From IMG/VR virus record IMGVR_UViG_3300033512_000271: a stretch of 64,000 bases of DNA; one strand, given 5' to 3'. The notes below the pieces were generated by a model, which had not been told where the DNA came from, searched no databases, and worked only from the letters and a program-made list of their open reading frames with translations. Position numbers and translations under genes: made by a program. Every line of letters starts with the position of its first letter. The first letter of the stretch is position 1. The DNA comes from an uncultured virus (IMG/VR IMGVR_UViG_3300033512_000271). Its lineage: Duplodnaviria > Heunggongvirae > Uroviricota > Caudoviricetes. Of this stretch, positions 10,102 through 21,136 are shown one piece after another.

Positions 10102-10116
10102 CGAGAGATTTATAAT

Positions 10117-13100
10117 ATGGCAGTCACAGATAATACAATATCTTTAAATAAAGATGCAAGAAATATTTTTTCCGTTTGCATCCCCACAGGATACAGATTC
10201 GATGAATTCCACTTCTACTTTGACAAGCACGGCGACACAAGACCTGCTGATGTCATAACCACTGCTGCGAAATATTTCGATACTATCCCATACGACTTCG
10301 TTTCGTTTATGAACTCGTATTGCGATTTTCCAGGCGGCAACATCCACAAAATGCTGACAAAATGTGTTGGAAGATTGGCTGATTTAGACAGCCGTAAACC
10401 ATCGCCGAAAAATCTCGTGATTAATATGGCTGGCAAGGGTGCCGGCAAATCAGAGGCTGCATTGGAATACATTGAGGATCGAACTGGGTACAGTCGCAGA
10501 TGCATCATAGTGGCGCCTAGAAGAAACCTTGTAGAGCAGATAGCCTTAAATGAGAATGTTGTGTCTTTGTCTAATCTCGTCCACACACCCTCAGCACTTC
10601 ACGGTCAATTTTCGTTCACTGATGAGGATGAAATCTTCTACAGCGAGGATGACGATGAAGATGAGCCAATGCAGGTATTTCCAAGAAAGGACACAGAAAT
10701 CCTGAAGGCGAAGAAAAAGAAGGCAGTCTCTGCAAGAATAAAAGAGGCGATTGGAGAAGGGAGGTCAGTCTGCACCACGTTGTATTCACAGTCAGAATAT
10801 TCCAAGATGGTCATAGATGCGTACACCAAAGGAGTGTTCGATTTGGTGATTGAAGAGTGGTCAATGCTTGTGGAAGCACTTGAGCTTGCTTTTAAACACG
10901 CAGACCACGAAATGTTACGTGGGAATTTGAACAACGACAAGAGTGCCTACCCGATCCCGTTTTCCAGTGAGTTTGATTTATCGACGATTAGTACTGCTGG
11001 GAGATTACACAGTTTACTGAAACATCGTAATTTAAGAAACATCATTGTAAATGATGCTGACATGGATCGAAGAGCGTTTGGTGTACTCATGGACTTGATG
11101 GGGATGCGTCGAACCAAAATCGCCCAAACACACAAATACAGCACCAGATGCTATATTATCTATGGCGGGAATAAAGAGAAGGTTATTTGTAAAAGTTCTG
11201 GGATTGATGGTGAAGTGGTGGAGGTCGGTAAAAAGGCTCGTTTCGTCATGACATCAGACACACTTAGTCATAGAAAATCCAGAAAATCTGCAAAGAATAA
11301 AGCAGTGACGGCTGTGGATGCCGCTGTGTTTGAGATCGCTATGGTGTTGAACAGTGGGGGGAGAGTTATTTGTTATGTTCCCAACACATCATCGTGGAGC
11401 GTATTAAATGCGGAATTGTCAGAGCTATGCGATAAGTATCAAGACGTACACCCACTATTCATCGATAAAACCAAAATGTCGCTGTCCAGGATTATCGGGG
11501 GGTCGTTGCAAGATGATATAAAGATGTCGAGACTAGTGTGTCACACTACTACTATCACGACAGGGACATCAATTCTCCCAGAAGGCATTAAAGGTGCTGT
11601 GAGTTTCGACTTAGGTGTTTATTTTGTAGCCCCATTTAAAGGGATGTATGACAAAACAAATGCCCCAGAAGATTTTGTGACTCCAACAGCCCTGACACAG
11701 ATGGTTGGGAGAGATAGAACTGCGCACAACGTTTTGATTGTGGCTGGAATCGAGTCTACTAAACATCATTCTGTGTATAGGGCATATGAAAATGTCGACG
11801 TGCATAACCAATACAAACATTACACAGTAACGATGCTGCAGGCGTTGATGGGTGGGATGTACACGTACAATATGACCCGTGATGATTTTTTCGCCGATGC
11901 TAACGAAACGGAGAGCATGTTTAGTGGGAAGAGAAATCATTTCGAGTCCACCAGAGAGGGTGTCGCATACATAGTAGAGACCCAACGATTGATAAATGTT
12001 GGTACTGACAAGTTTGTTAGCGGTCGGCAGTTCGAGACTATTTACAAGAGTAAGTGCAAGATTATGTATGGGATGATGAAAGTCATTCCAACATTTTCCA
12101 AGGGCAGCGAGAATTGCCTGCCAGAATCTTACGAATTGTTGACAGAGTTGGCGGATGCGTTTGCGGATTTGCATAACCAAGTTGGATACTACAAGGATTT
12201 TTCAGCGATAAATGGGATGGTGGAAAAGTTGTACCCAACCCCAAGAACTGGGAAAGAGATGTTGGAGAAATGGCAAAATGATGTGATTAAAATCCTGACC
12301 CTTGACGGATTCGATGTTAAGCAGTTGACATCTGGCGAGTATGTGTACGATGTCGAGGAAATAGGAAGACGTATGGGTGATGGAGACACCAATTTAAAAA
12401 AAAAGTGGAAAGATGGGCATCAAGCGATGGTGCTGGACAGCGTCTTACGAAACGATGGGCAGTGTCTTGAGTTAGCTGGAATTGGGGTACTCTCGGAAAG
12501 TAATAGTGAGGTGATAAAGGGGGTAGAACTTGATCATGTCTGGGAGTTCCCTAAACAAGATTTTGAGAACTTGCGTAATGTGTCGGAAGAGTATATTGAG
12601 GGTGCGACAGGGTTGCCAGAGAGTCCAGAGTTTGTGCTAGGGAGACTCAACTCAATTTTCAAGGCAAATGATTCTTGGTGTGGTAACAAAAGTGGGGGGT
12701 TTCAGGCATTTTTGGCGCAGTTGATGGTGCTGGAGTTGGTAAATCCCCTGTGGTGGGATAATAAAGAAGTTCTCATGAAATTATCAGCGGGGGTTATGCC
12801 AGCGACATCGTTTGCAGCGATGGTAGAGGGACGTGGGGTATTCAGGGCGTTGACTAAACATATGTTTAAGATTCCAACACATTTCGACAGAGGGTTGCGG
12901 GATTTAGCCGTAGCACTGTATAACGATGGGAGAACAAAGCGGCAAAGAGTTGTGGAGTCTTTTGATGATTTACGGAACAGGAATGTAGTGGATTCTACAA
13001 AGATTTTACTATCGCAAATTTTGGACAAAGTTTCAGCAGAACGGTACGTGATGTCTTCGGCATATGTTGGAATGTTTGACAGCACAAAAGTTAAGGCTGA

Positions 13101-13314
13101 TATGGTGGCTGAGGTGCAGTTAGGTCGTGTTGATACTGGGTATAGTGCAAGTGTGTTGGATTTAATATCGTTTTTAATGTTGAAGATTGTTCTCCATACG
13201 GAGTACAAAATAGACATACATGTCGTTAAAAGTGTTTCGACGTCAACCCAAGTGAAATGTGGGTGTCACATAGTGACCTCCAGTGCTCTTGAAAAATTAA
13301 TTAAGTTACTATGA
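10117..13314 (+). CDS. SF2 helicase, replication origin-binding (UL9-like) type
   Basis: AGKGAGKS, APRRNL, LVIEEW (DE-type motif), NDAD, TTTITTGTSI and QMVGRDR. Confidence 0.75.
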   Translation: MAVTDNTISLNKDARNIFSVCIPTGYRFDEFHFYFDKHGDTRPADVITTAAKYFDTIPYDFVSFMNSYCDFPGGNIHKMLTKCVGRLADLDSRKPSPKNLVINMAGKGAGKSEAALEYIEDRTGYSRRCIIVAPRRNLVEQIALNENVVSLSNLVHTPSALHGQFSFTDEDEIFYSEDDDEDEPMQVFPRKDTEILKAKKKKAVSARIKEAIGEGRSVCTTLYSQSEYSKMVIDAYTKGVFDLVIEEWSMLVEALELAFKHADHEMLRGNLNNDKSAYPIPFSSEFDLSTISTAGRLHSLLKHRNLRNIIVNDADMDRRAFGVLMDLMGMRRTKIAQTHKYSTRCYIIYGGNKEKVICKSSGIDGEVVEVGKKARFVMTSDTLSHRKSRKSAKNKAVTAVDAAVFEIAMVLNSGGRVICYVPNTSSWSVLNAELSELCDKYQDVHPLFIDKTKMSLSRIIGGSLQDDIKMSRLVCHTTTITTGTSILPEGIKGAVSFDLGVYFVAPFKGMYDKTNAPEDFVTPTALTQMVGRDRTAHNVLIVAGIESTKHHSVYRAYENVDVHNQYKHYTVTMLQALMGGMYTYNMTRDDFFADANETESMFSGKRNHFESTREGVAYIVETQRLINVGTDKFVSGRQFETIYKSKCKIMYGMMKVIPTFSKGSENCLPESYELLTELADAFADLHNQVGYYKDFSAINGMVEKLYPTPRTGKEMLEKWQNDVIKILTLDGFDVKQLTSGEYVYDVEEIGRRMGDGDTNLKKKWKDGHQAMVLDSVLRNDGQCLELAGIGVLSESNSEVIKGVELDHVWEFPKQDFENLRNVSEEYIEGATGLPESPEFVLGRLNSIFKANDSWCGNKSGGFQAFLAQLMVLELVNPLWWDNKEVLMKLSAGVMPATSFAAMVEGRGVFRALTKHMFKIPTHFDRGLRDLAVALYNDGRTKRQRVVESFDDLRNRNVVDSTKILLSQILDKVSAERYVMSSAYVGMFDSTKVKADMVAEVQLGRVDTGYSASVLDLISFLMLKIVLHTEYKIDIHVVKSVSTSTQVKCGCHIVTSSALEKLIKLL

Positions 13315-15968
13315 GTGGATTGACTATGACAAGTGTACCGAGTTTAAAAATTAGTGACGTAATCAAAAGTCTATTTGTTGCGTGGGGGACTAACGGCACA
13401 GCTTCTAGGACAGCCCAATCAGAACGTGTTTATCCCGGCACGTTGGAGTGGTACACGAATACAGCGTGCGCCACCGCTGGAAATGCACAAGAGGCACATA
13501 TGCTGCTGAACTCAAGACTGGTGGAAGACGGGTTCGTTATCAAGAATGGGTACGTGATAGACATGCTTGACTCAGCCACCAAAATCTCCACGCAAAAATC
13601 TACAGTCCCACGCCTTACAGAAGAGGAACTGCGGAACTCACAGTTGTCTACGGCTGCTGTGAATAGAACAAATGCTACAGAATCTGTGTATTCGATATTG
13701 TTTTCACGCAGTTTGACTGTAAAACTGCGAGTCAGAAATGGGGCTGCTATTTTTAAAGGGGGGAAATCCACAGACGATGTGATGGCAGTGACATTCGACA
13801 ATCCTTTTGTAGTGTCCAGATGGGATGCTACGAGTATTTCTAATGATTTGGTTGTCCAAATCTTGCGCCCTGTTCCACAGGGAACCGAGGATGGGTCTAT
13901 CAAATACGAAGTGATCTCAAATGATGTGGTGAGCCTGTCTGATCCAGAGGGCAAATGTGTTGGGTTTGTGCGTGAAGTTATCTTACCAATGCTCGTAAAA
14001 TTGTGCATACGTTGGAACAATCTGTGCACAGTCGCATCCAATAAACTGGTCACAGCCCGTTCAGATTTCTTCTATAGATTTTATCCACTCAGCAAAATTG
14101 CGAAAGGAGACGTACAGGCGTGGAGTAAAGTCGAGATTGTTGAGCATTTATCGATTGCTGCAGCACGTTACACCGGCATGTTAGATAAGCTCACGTCTGA
14201 CGAAGCTCTCTCGAAAGTTCCAATGGCGAACGCACTCCCCAACTACGTGAAGGCTGTTGCAGAGTCGTGGGCTGTCAAATCACCACAAAAACAGAGAAAA
14301 CAGACTGTCGTCAAACAATTCAACACGTTCCCAAGAATGTCAGGTCATGGGGAGGTCATCCTATCCGCCCCTGTAGTACGTTCGTTGACAATCGCAGAAC
14401 TGCTACAGATGCTAGAAGACGGCTCATTAATAGTACCAGATTTTCAACGGCATTTCGTGTGGAAAGCGACAGATATGCGACAATTTATTGTTGACATATT
14501 GGCGAGCAATGGGGACGAGTTTGTCACTGATTTCTTCACAATCGGAGTCGAAGTTGAGTCACGTGATGAAGCAGGCTTGGGCTATTTAGAACACACTGTG
14601 GATTCAGATTCTTCCATGAAGCTGCTGATTAACGGGCTTCAACGCCTCAGTACAGCCCAGAGTTTTGTAAACAACACATTGGCGTTACCTCCAGAGAGTT
14701 TCGGGACTGTAATGGGAGATGTGGAGATTCATCAACTTAAACAGTTGTTGGAAGATTTGAAACAGGGCGGCGGTTCCAAAGGCGTGGCACGCATTAAGTT
14801 CAACACCTTACCAACCTACATGCAGGAGCGTTTCCTAGGCACTAAAATGCCAGTGGTGTTTAGAGCCGGCGATCATATAGCATTGGGTGGGTTGTTCACA
14901 AGATTAAACTTAGGCAAACCTTTGCTGACGAGCCAGAAGATGTTCAGTCCAGCAACGTTCGGAGCATGGTTTGGTGTGCTGAAGAAGTTCATTATTGATA
15001 GTAAATTGTTCGGCATGACATTCCCAGCACCGAGTAAAACAGCATCACCAGAACGCATTGCCGCAGTATCAGAAGCAAAACTTTTGAATATGGTGGCATC
15101 GTATTTTGGAACATTTTCTGGAGAACCCTCTGCGGATATGACAGCTATTGTTGCTAAACTGCTGCGCAACAACACTGAAGACGATGCGGAGATGTTTGTA
15201 TCCATCATGAACAACATGTTAGATTACGTGTTTGAAGTGGACTGCGACACACAGGTATTTAACGAAGTGGTAACAAAGAACGATAAGGTGCTTTCCATGA
15301 ATCGTTGGTGCATGGCAACACCCGGTTGGTATCGTTGGGTGATGTTTGTACGATTCTCCACAGCGTTCATTACTGTGTTGAAGAATTTTGCAGAAACTTC
15401 AGGCGGGAAATATGACATAACCAAATCGTGGAAGACAGAGTTCCCGTTCATCTATGAACAGCGTGAAAAGGTCGCTGCGTGCATTAACGCTATGGTGAAT
15501 AACGGAGTACAGACAACTTGGGATAGTGTCAGCAAGAAGCTCATTAATTCAACACCGTCGAAAGGTCAGTCCACCGGTCAGCGGGTGTTGTCTGACACAT
15601 TTGCTACACATCTGAAACCACTGGCTCTCCCATTTAACGATGAAGACCATTGGAAGTCGTTTGTGGATGCGATGGAGCTTCCAGCATATTCCATCTCCGA
15701 TTCAGCTAGTACAGATTTCCCGCTGGACGATTACGCAACGTATGTTATGTCTGTTGCTGAGGATACAGATACCAGCGTGTTGGAAACAATAGCGTCGGTT
15801 AAACTTAATGAATTTTCCTACCGATTTATTACTGGCGGTAACGAAGATACATGCTTAAGAATAATGCAAGACATACCAACAAATGTTGGAGAACACACAA
15901 ATGGCTCTGCTGTACACATCGCCCTTCACCGCTATTTCAATCTAGTAGTGTTCGGGCTGGTGGTATAA
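13311..15968 (+). CDS. DUF262 (ParB-like/GmrS-N) domain protein
   Basis: PDFQRHFVW, INGLQRLST and FTRLNLGKPL match the three DUF262 signature blocks. Confidence 0.75.
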   Translation: MSGLTMTSVPSLKISDVIKSLFVAWGTNGTASRTAQSERVYPGTLEWYTNTACATAGNAQEAHMLLNSRLVEDGFVIKNGYVIDMLDSATKISTQKSTVPRLTEEELRNSQLSTAAVNRTNATESVYSILFSRSLTVKLRVRNGAAIFKGGKSTDDVMAVTFDNPFVVSRWDATSISNDLVVQILRPVPQGTEDGSIKYEVISNDVVSLSDPEGKCVGFVREVILPMLVKLCIRWNNLCTVASNKLVTARSDFFYRFYPLSKIAKGDVQAWSKVEIVEHLSIAAARYTGMLDKLTSDEALSKVPMANALPNYVKAVAESWAVKSPQKQRKQTVVKQFNTFPRMSGHGEVILSAPVVRSLTIAELLQMLEDGSLIVPDFQRHFVWKATDMRQFIVDILASNGDEFVTDFFTIGVEVESRDEAGLGYLEHTVDSDSSMKLLINGLQRLSTAQSFVNNTLALPPESFGTVMGDVEIHQLKQLLEDLKQGGGSKGVARIKFNTLPTYMQERFLGTKMPVVFRAGDHIALGGLFTRLNLGKPLLTSQKMFSPATFGAWFGVLKKFIIDSKLFGMTFPAPSKTASPERIAAVSEAKLLNMVASYFGTFSGEPSADMTAIVAKLLRNNTEDDAEMFVSIMNNMLDYVFEVDCDTQVFNEVVTKNDKVLSMNRWCMATPGWYRWVMFVRFSTAFITVLKNFAETSGGKYDITKSWKTEFPFIYEQREKVAACINAMVNNGVQTTWDSVSKKLINSTPSKGQSTGQRVLSDTFATHLKPLALPFNDEDHWKSFVDAMELPAYSISDSASTDFPLDDYATYVMSVAEDTDTSVLETIASVKLNEFSYRFITGGNEDTCLRIMQDIPTNVGEHTNGSAVHIALHRYFNLVVFGLVV

Positions 15969-16002
15969 TGTTGATAAATAGACACACAATTTAGGCGTTA
16001 AG

Positions 16003-16785
16003 ATGACATCACGGCAATTGTACGAACTCTTAATTGGCGTGGCTGACGATGTTGGAAGCATTGGGGCGATATCCTATGAAGAATTTTGCATAGCAAATAG
16101 TATAAGCGATGCGTCTGACGTATCCCGTGTAGAACATGTTAAACAAGACTACCTGCTCAACTCTGTTGATCCAGGTATTCTTGTCGGTCTCTATACAGAC
16201 GTCATGCCTGATGTTATCCAATTGATGACTATGGTAAACACGGAAGTGGTAGAGCCGGGACATCCCACAATCTCAACACTCGATGGGAATATTGTACGGG
16301 ATGTGTCGGAATATCGTGGCTTAGACTCCCTAGTAGTATTCGAGGGACCTGAGATTTTACTCCAATCATTTATACCAGCGTTTTTCAGCGACGTCCATGT
16401 AGTTGATTTTTTCACAAAATACTTCCATGAGGATGTGCGTGGAGAAGTAGCAACCAAGTCTTTAATTTCACATTGCGAAAAGAGAACTGAGAACATCGTC
16501 TGGGTGATGCTTGATGACAGACATCCATACTGGACTTCTTCGTATAGTGGGGACGCACAGATGTCGAACATGATTGTTGGTGGGAACACATCTCGTGTGG
16601 TGGCAAGGTATATTGAAGTAAGTGAGTATTTAGCCGCTTGGGATTCTAGTAGATCAAAGATTCGTATCGGCAGAGCAATAGAAATGTTGGAAAAATTATA
16701 CACCTACTATAACAGTGAGTGTTACACACTGTTCAACGTTATTTCAGAGTTAAAGGACAAATTGGATGGAAGAACAATCAAATAA
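16003..16785 (+). CDS. hypothetical protein, possible degenerate dNMP/thymidylate kinase
   Basis: VVFEGP and MLDDRHPYWTSSY resemble the kinase blocks, but there is no GK; directly upstream of nrdA. Confidence 0.55.
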   Translation: MTSRQLYELLIGVADDVGSIGAISYEEFCIANSISDASDVSRVEHVKQDYLLNSVDPGILVGLYTDVMPDVIQLMTMVNTEVVEPGHPTISTLDGNIVRDVSEYRGLDSLVVFEGPEILLQSFIPAFFSDVHVVDFFTKYFHEDVRGEVATKSLISHCEKRTENIVWVMLDDRHPYWTSSYSGDAQMSNMIVGGNTSRVVARYIEVSEYLAAWDSSRSKIRIGRAIEMLEKLYTYYNSECYTLFNVISELKDKLDGRTIK

Positions 16786-19700
16786 TGCACGCACAATCCT
16801 ACTCGCCGCTGTTAATAGTGCGATCATTGAAATCAGGTCTATCATGGAGATCGTCAAAGATACGCACGCATTGCGATTGCGACGGCAGCAGGGGTTGCCA
16901 CGCTCGACCTTCATTAATACGCTACTAGAACAGCGTGGTGAGTTTATGCCCTACGGGAAGCCATCGTCGGAGGATTTGGTGGACTACGCCTACAGACAGT
17001 ATGTCCCATTCAATCATCGGTGCGTAGAGGCGTACACCACAAGAGGCATCAGGCTATCACGTGCGTTCAAGGAAGCAACCAAACACGCTCAGGGGACGTC
17101 GTTCAAAGACTTGAGAGCATTGTCACACGATGTGAACGCTCTCGCTGAACATCAACCAGAAATGACATTCCTAGCAAGTTTGTTGCTGATGTCTGTTGTT
17201 GGGGCTGAGGTTAGTAAAAATCGTGAATCTTTACCAAAAATCGGCTCGGTCTATCATGCTGATCTGTTTGATTACTCAGATACTGATATTTCTGATTCGA
17301 TTGTTCAGTTGCTCTCAAACAGCCCAACTATTGATGGACAGCCCCTGTCGTCTATCGATTTTCACGTGGCTGAAAATTTTCACAATGGTGCAAACAAAAT
17401 TTTACTCAGAAAAGTTCTACTTCCGACATTCTTCCATGCTTGTTTGAGAAGCGGGTTGACGTATGAGGATGTAGTTGGTGAGTTCCAACAGCGCACAGAT
17501 TTGTCCAGATTCATCAATAGTTTGTTCAATTATGTTGTTGCGACTCAGGCGGTGTGCGTGCTGTACACGGATGATAGATTTCTGGCAGGGTTTGGGAATG
17601 TTAGACCGCCGCACTCTGGTTTTGCATTGAATTTTATTTATCAATCAGCGAAATCAATGGAAGCTGTTGTACTACACTCAGCAAGAAATCCATATCCCAG
17701 CAGTGCTGGGGAACTCAAGATAAAAGTTTTATGTGAAACTCATGGCGAGTACATCGGAAGAATGGCGAAGGGGGTTGAGTATTTTTCAAAATGTGGGGCG
17801 AACGCTCATCTGAGAAACGGTGGCGATCTTCCGAATGGTCTCGCTCCAATGTATTTGTCCCATGTGTTTGCGAAACATATTGGTAGTGGCGATCCAAATC
17901 CTGAAGGGTTTGTGGGCAAGTGCATTGAGAAGAATGAGTTAGCCAACGGGGGGCGTATATGCAACACTTTAGTATGGTTGATTGGCGGTATGTACGTGAT
18001 GCCATCTACCCCGATGACGTATGCAACAGGTCTGTTTAAACCTAAGTATGACAGCACAGGCACAAAACCAATAGGAAAGACTCCAATATCGTCAAGTGTC
18101 TCATGCTTTCTGACCAGTGTTTCAGATTCAAGTGAGGGGATTGGCGGGATGATGGATAGCAGTTGCAAATATTCGTCAGGAGGCGGAGGGATGTCGCATT
18201 ACATGGGAGGCATTCGGGCTGGTGGAAGTCCCATATCAAAGGGAGGATTTTCCCCCACAGTGATCGAGTACGCCCACCCACTCCACGCAGTCGGACCGTA
18301 TGTGAATCAGGGCAGTCGTCGAGCTACGTCAATTTTGATTTCATTACCCATACACCACCTAGATGTCAAGCATCTAATGGAGATTCATAAACCTAGAGCT
18401 TCTAAATCGTCGTTGTTTTCCATTTACTCAAGCGTTGTGATTTCTGACGGGTTCATGGAATGTGTGAAACGGGGTGGTAAGTGGTTGTTGCTTTCACCAT
18501 CATTTTATGATCGTGAACGGACATATGAGTTTCGGAATACACCAGAAGATGAGTTGATGCACATCAAAGACGTGTTGTGCGGCATGCACAACAAGTATGG
18601 ATTTGATATTCATAACTATGTGAAGACGCACAACCTATTCACACCAGAGTACTATGATGCAAGACACAACGACAAATATCGCGCACTGATTGAGTTGGCA
18701 GATGAGCATGAAGATGTGTTTTTGGCGATCACTGGGGCACATGGAAGTTTTGCATTGGTGAACGCTGTGGAGTTAATGCAGAGTATTGCAGCATCGATGA
18801 TGCAGTTTTCAAAACCTTGGTTGGTGTTTGGCGACAATTTCAACAGATCATACCCATTGGTGTTCAGCATTCCGTCATCAAACTTATGTACCGAGATAAA
18901 AACTCCGTTTTTCTCATCTGAGAATAAATTTGAAGGGCTGGAGGGGAGACAGTTGGATGCCACATGTGTGTTGTCTAACATAAACATGGAGGGTATGGGC
19001 GATGTAGTGGATGGTGTAGAGTACATGCACTTAGATTTATTAGCATACACTGCTATGGTGTGTACCGATCTGCTAAATGCTGTGACGTTCGGCAATAAGT
19101 ACCCAGCCAAGGACAATCTGATAACAGCATTCGGTCTTAGACCGATTGGGATTGGGACGTTTGGTATGCAAGAACTGATGTGGAAGATGGGATTGGGATT
19201 TTCAGACATACAATCACTTGAGAAGAAACTCAAGCTCAGATTTGTAATTAATGCTGCAGCGATTTCGAGATCACTAGCCCTGAATGTTGAGGCAGCACGT
19301 CAGAACATTCCAAACTTTGAGGATGTATTCAAGATCAATGACGTTGATGGCGTGTGCTCACGTAGGGGGACAACAGCATTTAAAGGGGCTACTTACACCA
19401 CTTTGGCACAGCACCCAGAATCATCAATGACCTACGAGATTGACAAGGCACTGGTTAATTTGGAAGCAGAGATCACTCTTGGCGATTGTAAACGGTTCAT
19501 GAATCGATGGGTAAAGGGCGCATTAGGCAGAACATTGAACTCAGTATTGACTTCATGTCAGCCAACGGCAAGCTCGTCGAAGGTTGCTGGGGTGACAGCC
19601 GATCTGCCAGTGAAGTTCTATTTCCCAGCGATTGACACTGTGTCATCTCGTGCAGGCGTCAGAGTGGAGTTTTATATCATCGAAGCATTGAGAGAAGCTG

Positions 19701-20155
19701 GATATGTGTCTTCCGATATCAAGAAGATCATTCAGTTTATCAAAAATTCAGGTGGGACACTCGCAGGACTTAGTGCGGAGTTTCGTGATGAAGACGACAC
19801 GACCGGGATCAACAGTGCCTTAGAGAAGATAGAAAAAATATTTAAAACTGGGTTTGAGATTGACCAGAGTGTGTTGATAGCCAACACAGTAGCAGCACAA
19901 CATTGTGTGTCCCAGACCATTAGTCACGACACGTATATGCCAAGAGGTTCTACTGGTGATGATGTGTGGGAAAACATAATGACGTGCCACAGGGAAGGTG
20001 TCAACACCATGTATTACGTCTACACACAAGGGGCTGGAGATTTACACGAAAGTGCACGTGACCTGTCCACCATTCATGACATAACAGAAGGTGAAGATGT
20101 AGAAGAAGTGAAGCAGTGCTTAATCGACGATCCCTCTTGCGAGGCTTGTCAATAA
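16766..20155 (+). CDS. nrdA: ribonucleotide reductase class Ia alpha subunit
   Basis: SCFL, SNLCTEI, CVLSNIN, PTASSS, MYY and C-terminal CEACQ. Confidence 0.95.
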   Translation: MEEQSNNARTILLAAVNSAIIEIRSIMEIVKDTHALRLRRQQGLPRSTFINTLLEQRGEFMPYGKPSSEDLVDYAYRQYVPFNHRCVEAYTTRGIRLSRAFKEATKHAQGTSFKDLRALSHDVNALAEHQPEMTFLASLLLMSVVGAEVSKNRESLPKIGSVYHADLFDYSDTDISDSIVQLLSNSPTIDGQPLSSIDFHVAENFHNGANKILLRKVLLPTFFHACLRSGLTYEDVVGEFQQRTDLSRFINSLFNYVVATQAVCVLYTDDRFLAGFGNVRPPHSGFALNFIYQSAKSMEAVVLHSARNPYPSSAGELKIKVLCETHGEYIGRMAKGVEYFSKCGANAHLRNGGDLPNGLAPMYLSHVFAKHIGSGDPNPEGFVGKCIEKNELANGGRICNTLVWLIGGMYVMPSTPMTYATGLFKPKYDSTGTKPIGKTPISSSVSCFLTSVSDSSEGIGGMMDSSCKYSSGGGGMSHYMGGIRAGGSPISKGGFSPTVIEYAHPLHAVGPYVNQGSRRATSILISLPIHHLDVKHLMEIHKPRASKSSLFSIYSSVVISDGFMECVKRGGKWLLLSPSFYDRERTYEFRNTPEDELMHIKDVLCGMHNKYGFDIHNYVKTHNLFTPEYYDARHNDKYRALIELADEHEDVFLAITGAHGSFALVNAVELMQSIAASMMQFSKPWLVFGDNFNRSYPLVFSIPSSNLCTEIKTPFFSSENKFEGLEGRQLDATCVLSNINMEGMGDVVDGVEYMHLDLLAYTAMVCTDLLNAVTFGNKYPAKDNLITAFGLRPIGIGTFGMQELMWKMGLGFSDIQSLEKKLKLRFVINAAAISRSLALNVEAARQNIPNFEDVFKINDVDGVCSRRGTTAFKGATYTTLAQHPESSMTYEIDKALVNLEAEITLGDCKRFMNRWVKGALGRTLNSVLTSCQPTASSSKVAGVTADLPVKFYFPAIDTVSSRAGVRVEFYIIEALREAGYVSSDIKKIIQFIKNSGGTLAGLSAEFRDEDDTTGINSALEKIEKIFKTGFEIDQSVLIANTVAAQHCVSQTISHDTYMPRGSTGDDVWENIMTCHREGVNTMYYVYTQGAGDLHESARDLSTIHDITEGEDVEEVKQCLIDDPSCEACQ

Positions 20156-20160
20156 TCAAC

Positions 20161-20183
20161 AGGGGGACGATCTCCCCCTTTTT
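20161..20183 (+). terminator. intrinsic terminator after nrdA
   Basis: AGGGGGA/TCCCCCT stem followed by a T run. Confidence 0.7.
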
Positions 20184-20197
20184 CAATAGGATGGAAT

Positions 20198-21136
20198 ATG
20201 CAAACTGTAAAATTTAAGGCGTCTGAACATGTCCCCATGCCTGGGTATAAGTGGGCTATTGCAATTCTTTCTGCGTTCACCATAGGTTGTATGGTGGTCG
20301 ATTCGATGGTTGGTGCAATTTATGTCAATCTGAGTATCGAGTGGAATACGAGTCTGATGGCACCATTTCGGCTAAGTATGCTGCTATTTGCGTCTGTGGC
20401 GATATATTTAGTCAACCGTTATATCGTCATGTTTAAGACAACATATGCACATCCATTTTTGGTGATGTGTGCAGTGAAGAGTGCGTTCAATACCACTGAC
20501 TACGCAGTTTATCTGAACAAGTTTATCTATGGAGTCACCCAGAAAGGAGATAGAGTGGATAGCGGAGTGGTTGTATCAACACCACAGAATGGGGTGGTGT
20601 TGTGCGACAGTGTGGTAGACCTTTACCTGAAAGAACATTGTTCAAAAAGTCGTGGGAAGGGTGTCAGAGAAGACATCAACCAGAAATTGAATGGCATCAA
20701 CTACTTAATGGCGGTTGTTGGATTGCCACTTGCTATGACCATTCTCTCTTTATGTGGGATGTTGATCTATGCGGCGGTTGGAGAAAATGGTAGCAACTAC
20801 GCCATTGTGGTGGTAATTGCTCTATTTTTAATGACTTGGTATCTGAGCTTGGATTTAAGAACCGTACAATGGCTGTCTGTGCTATTTGCGTTTAAAAATC
20901 GATACGACCACTTTATTGAAGAGGCGTTCGACGGGTTGGCTGTTGCCAAAATGGTGCAGAATGCGAAAGATGCAGAAAGTCTCGCTGCTGTCAACTCCAT
21001 TGTACTCAAGCAATACAGATATGTTGTAGACCTGAAATACAGATTCCTCAGTGACATATTATGGATTGTGGCACTGGTGTTTGTGGGCGGCATCTTGCCT
21101 TATGTGGCAGCGGCAGTAGCAGTGGCGATGGGGTGA
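20198..21136 (+). CDS. multi-pass membrane protein
   Basis: About five hydrophobic segments in 312 aa. Confidence 0.7.
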   Translation: MQTVKFKASEHVPMPGYKWAIAILSAFTIGCMVVDSMVGAIYVNLSIEWNTSLMAPFRLSMLLFASVAIYLVNRYIVMFKTTYAHPFLVMCAVKSAFNTTDYAVYLNKFIYGVTQKGDRVDSGVVVSTPQNGVVLCDSVVDLYLKEHCSKSRGKGVREDINQKLNGINYLMAVVGLPLAMTILSLCGMLIYAAVGENGSNYAIVVVIALFLMTWYLSLDLRTVQWLSVLFAFKNRYDHFIEEAFDGLAVAKMVQNAKDAESLAAVNSIVLKQYRYVVDLKYRFLSDILWIVALVFVGGILPYVAAAVAVAMG

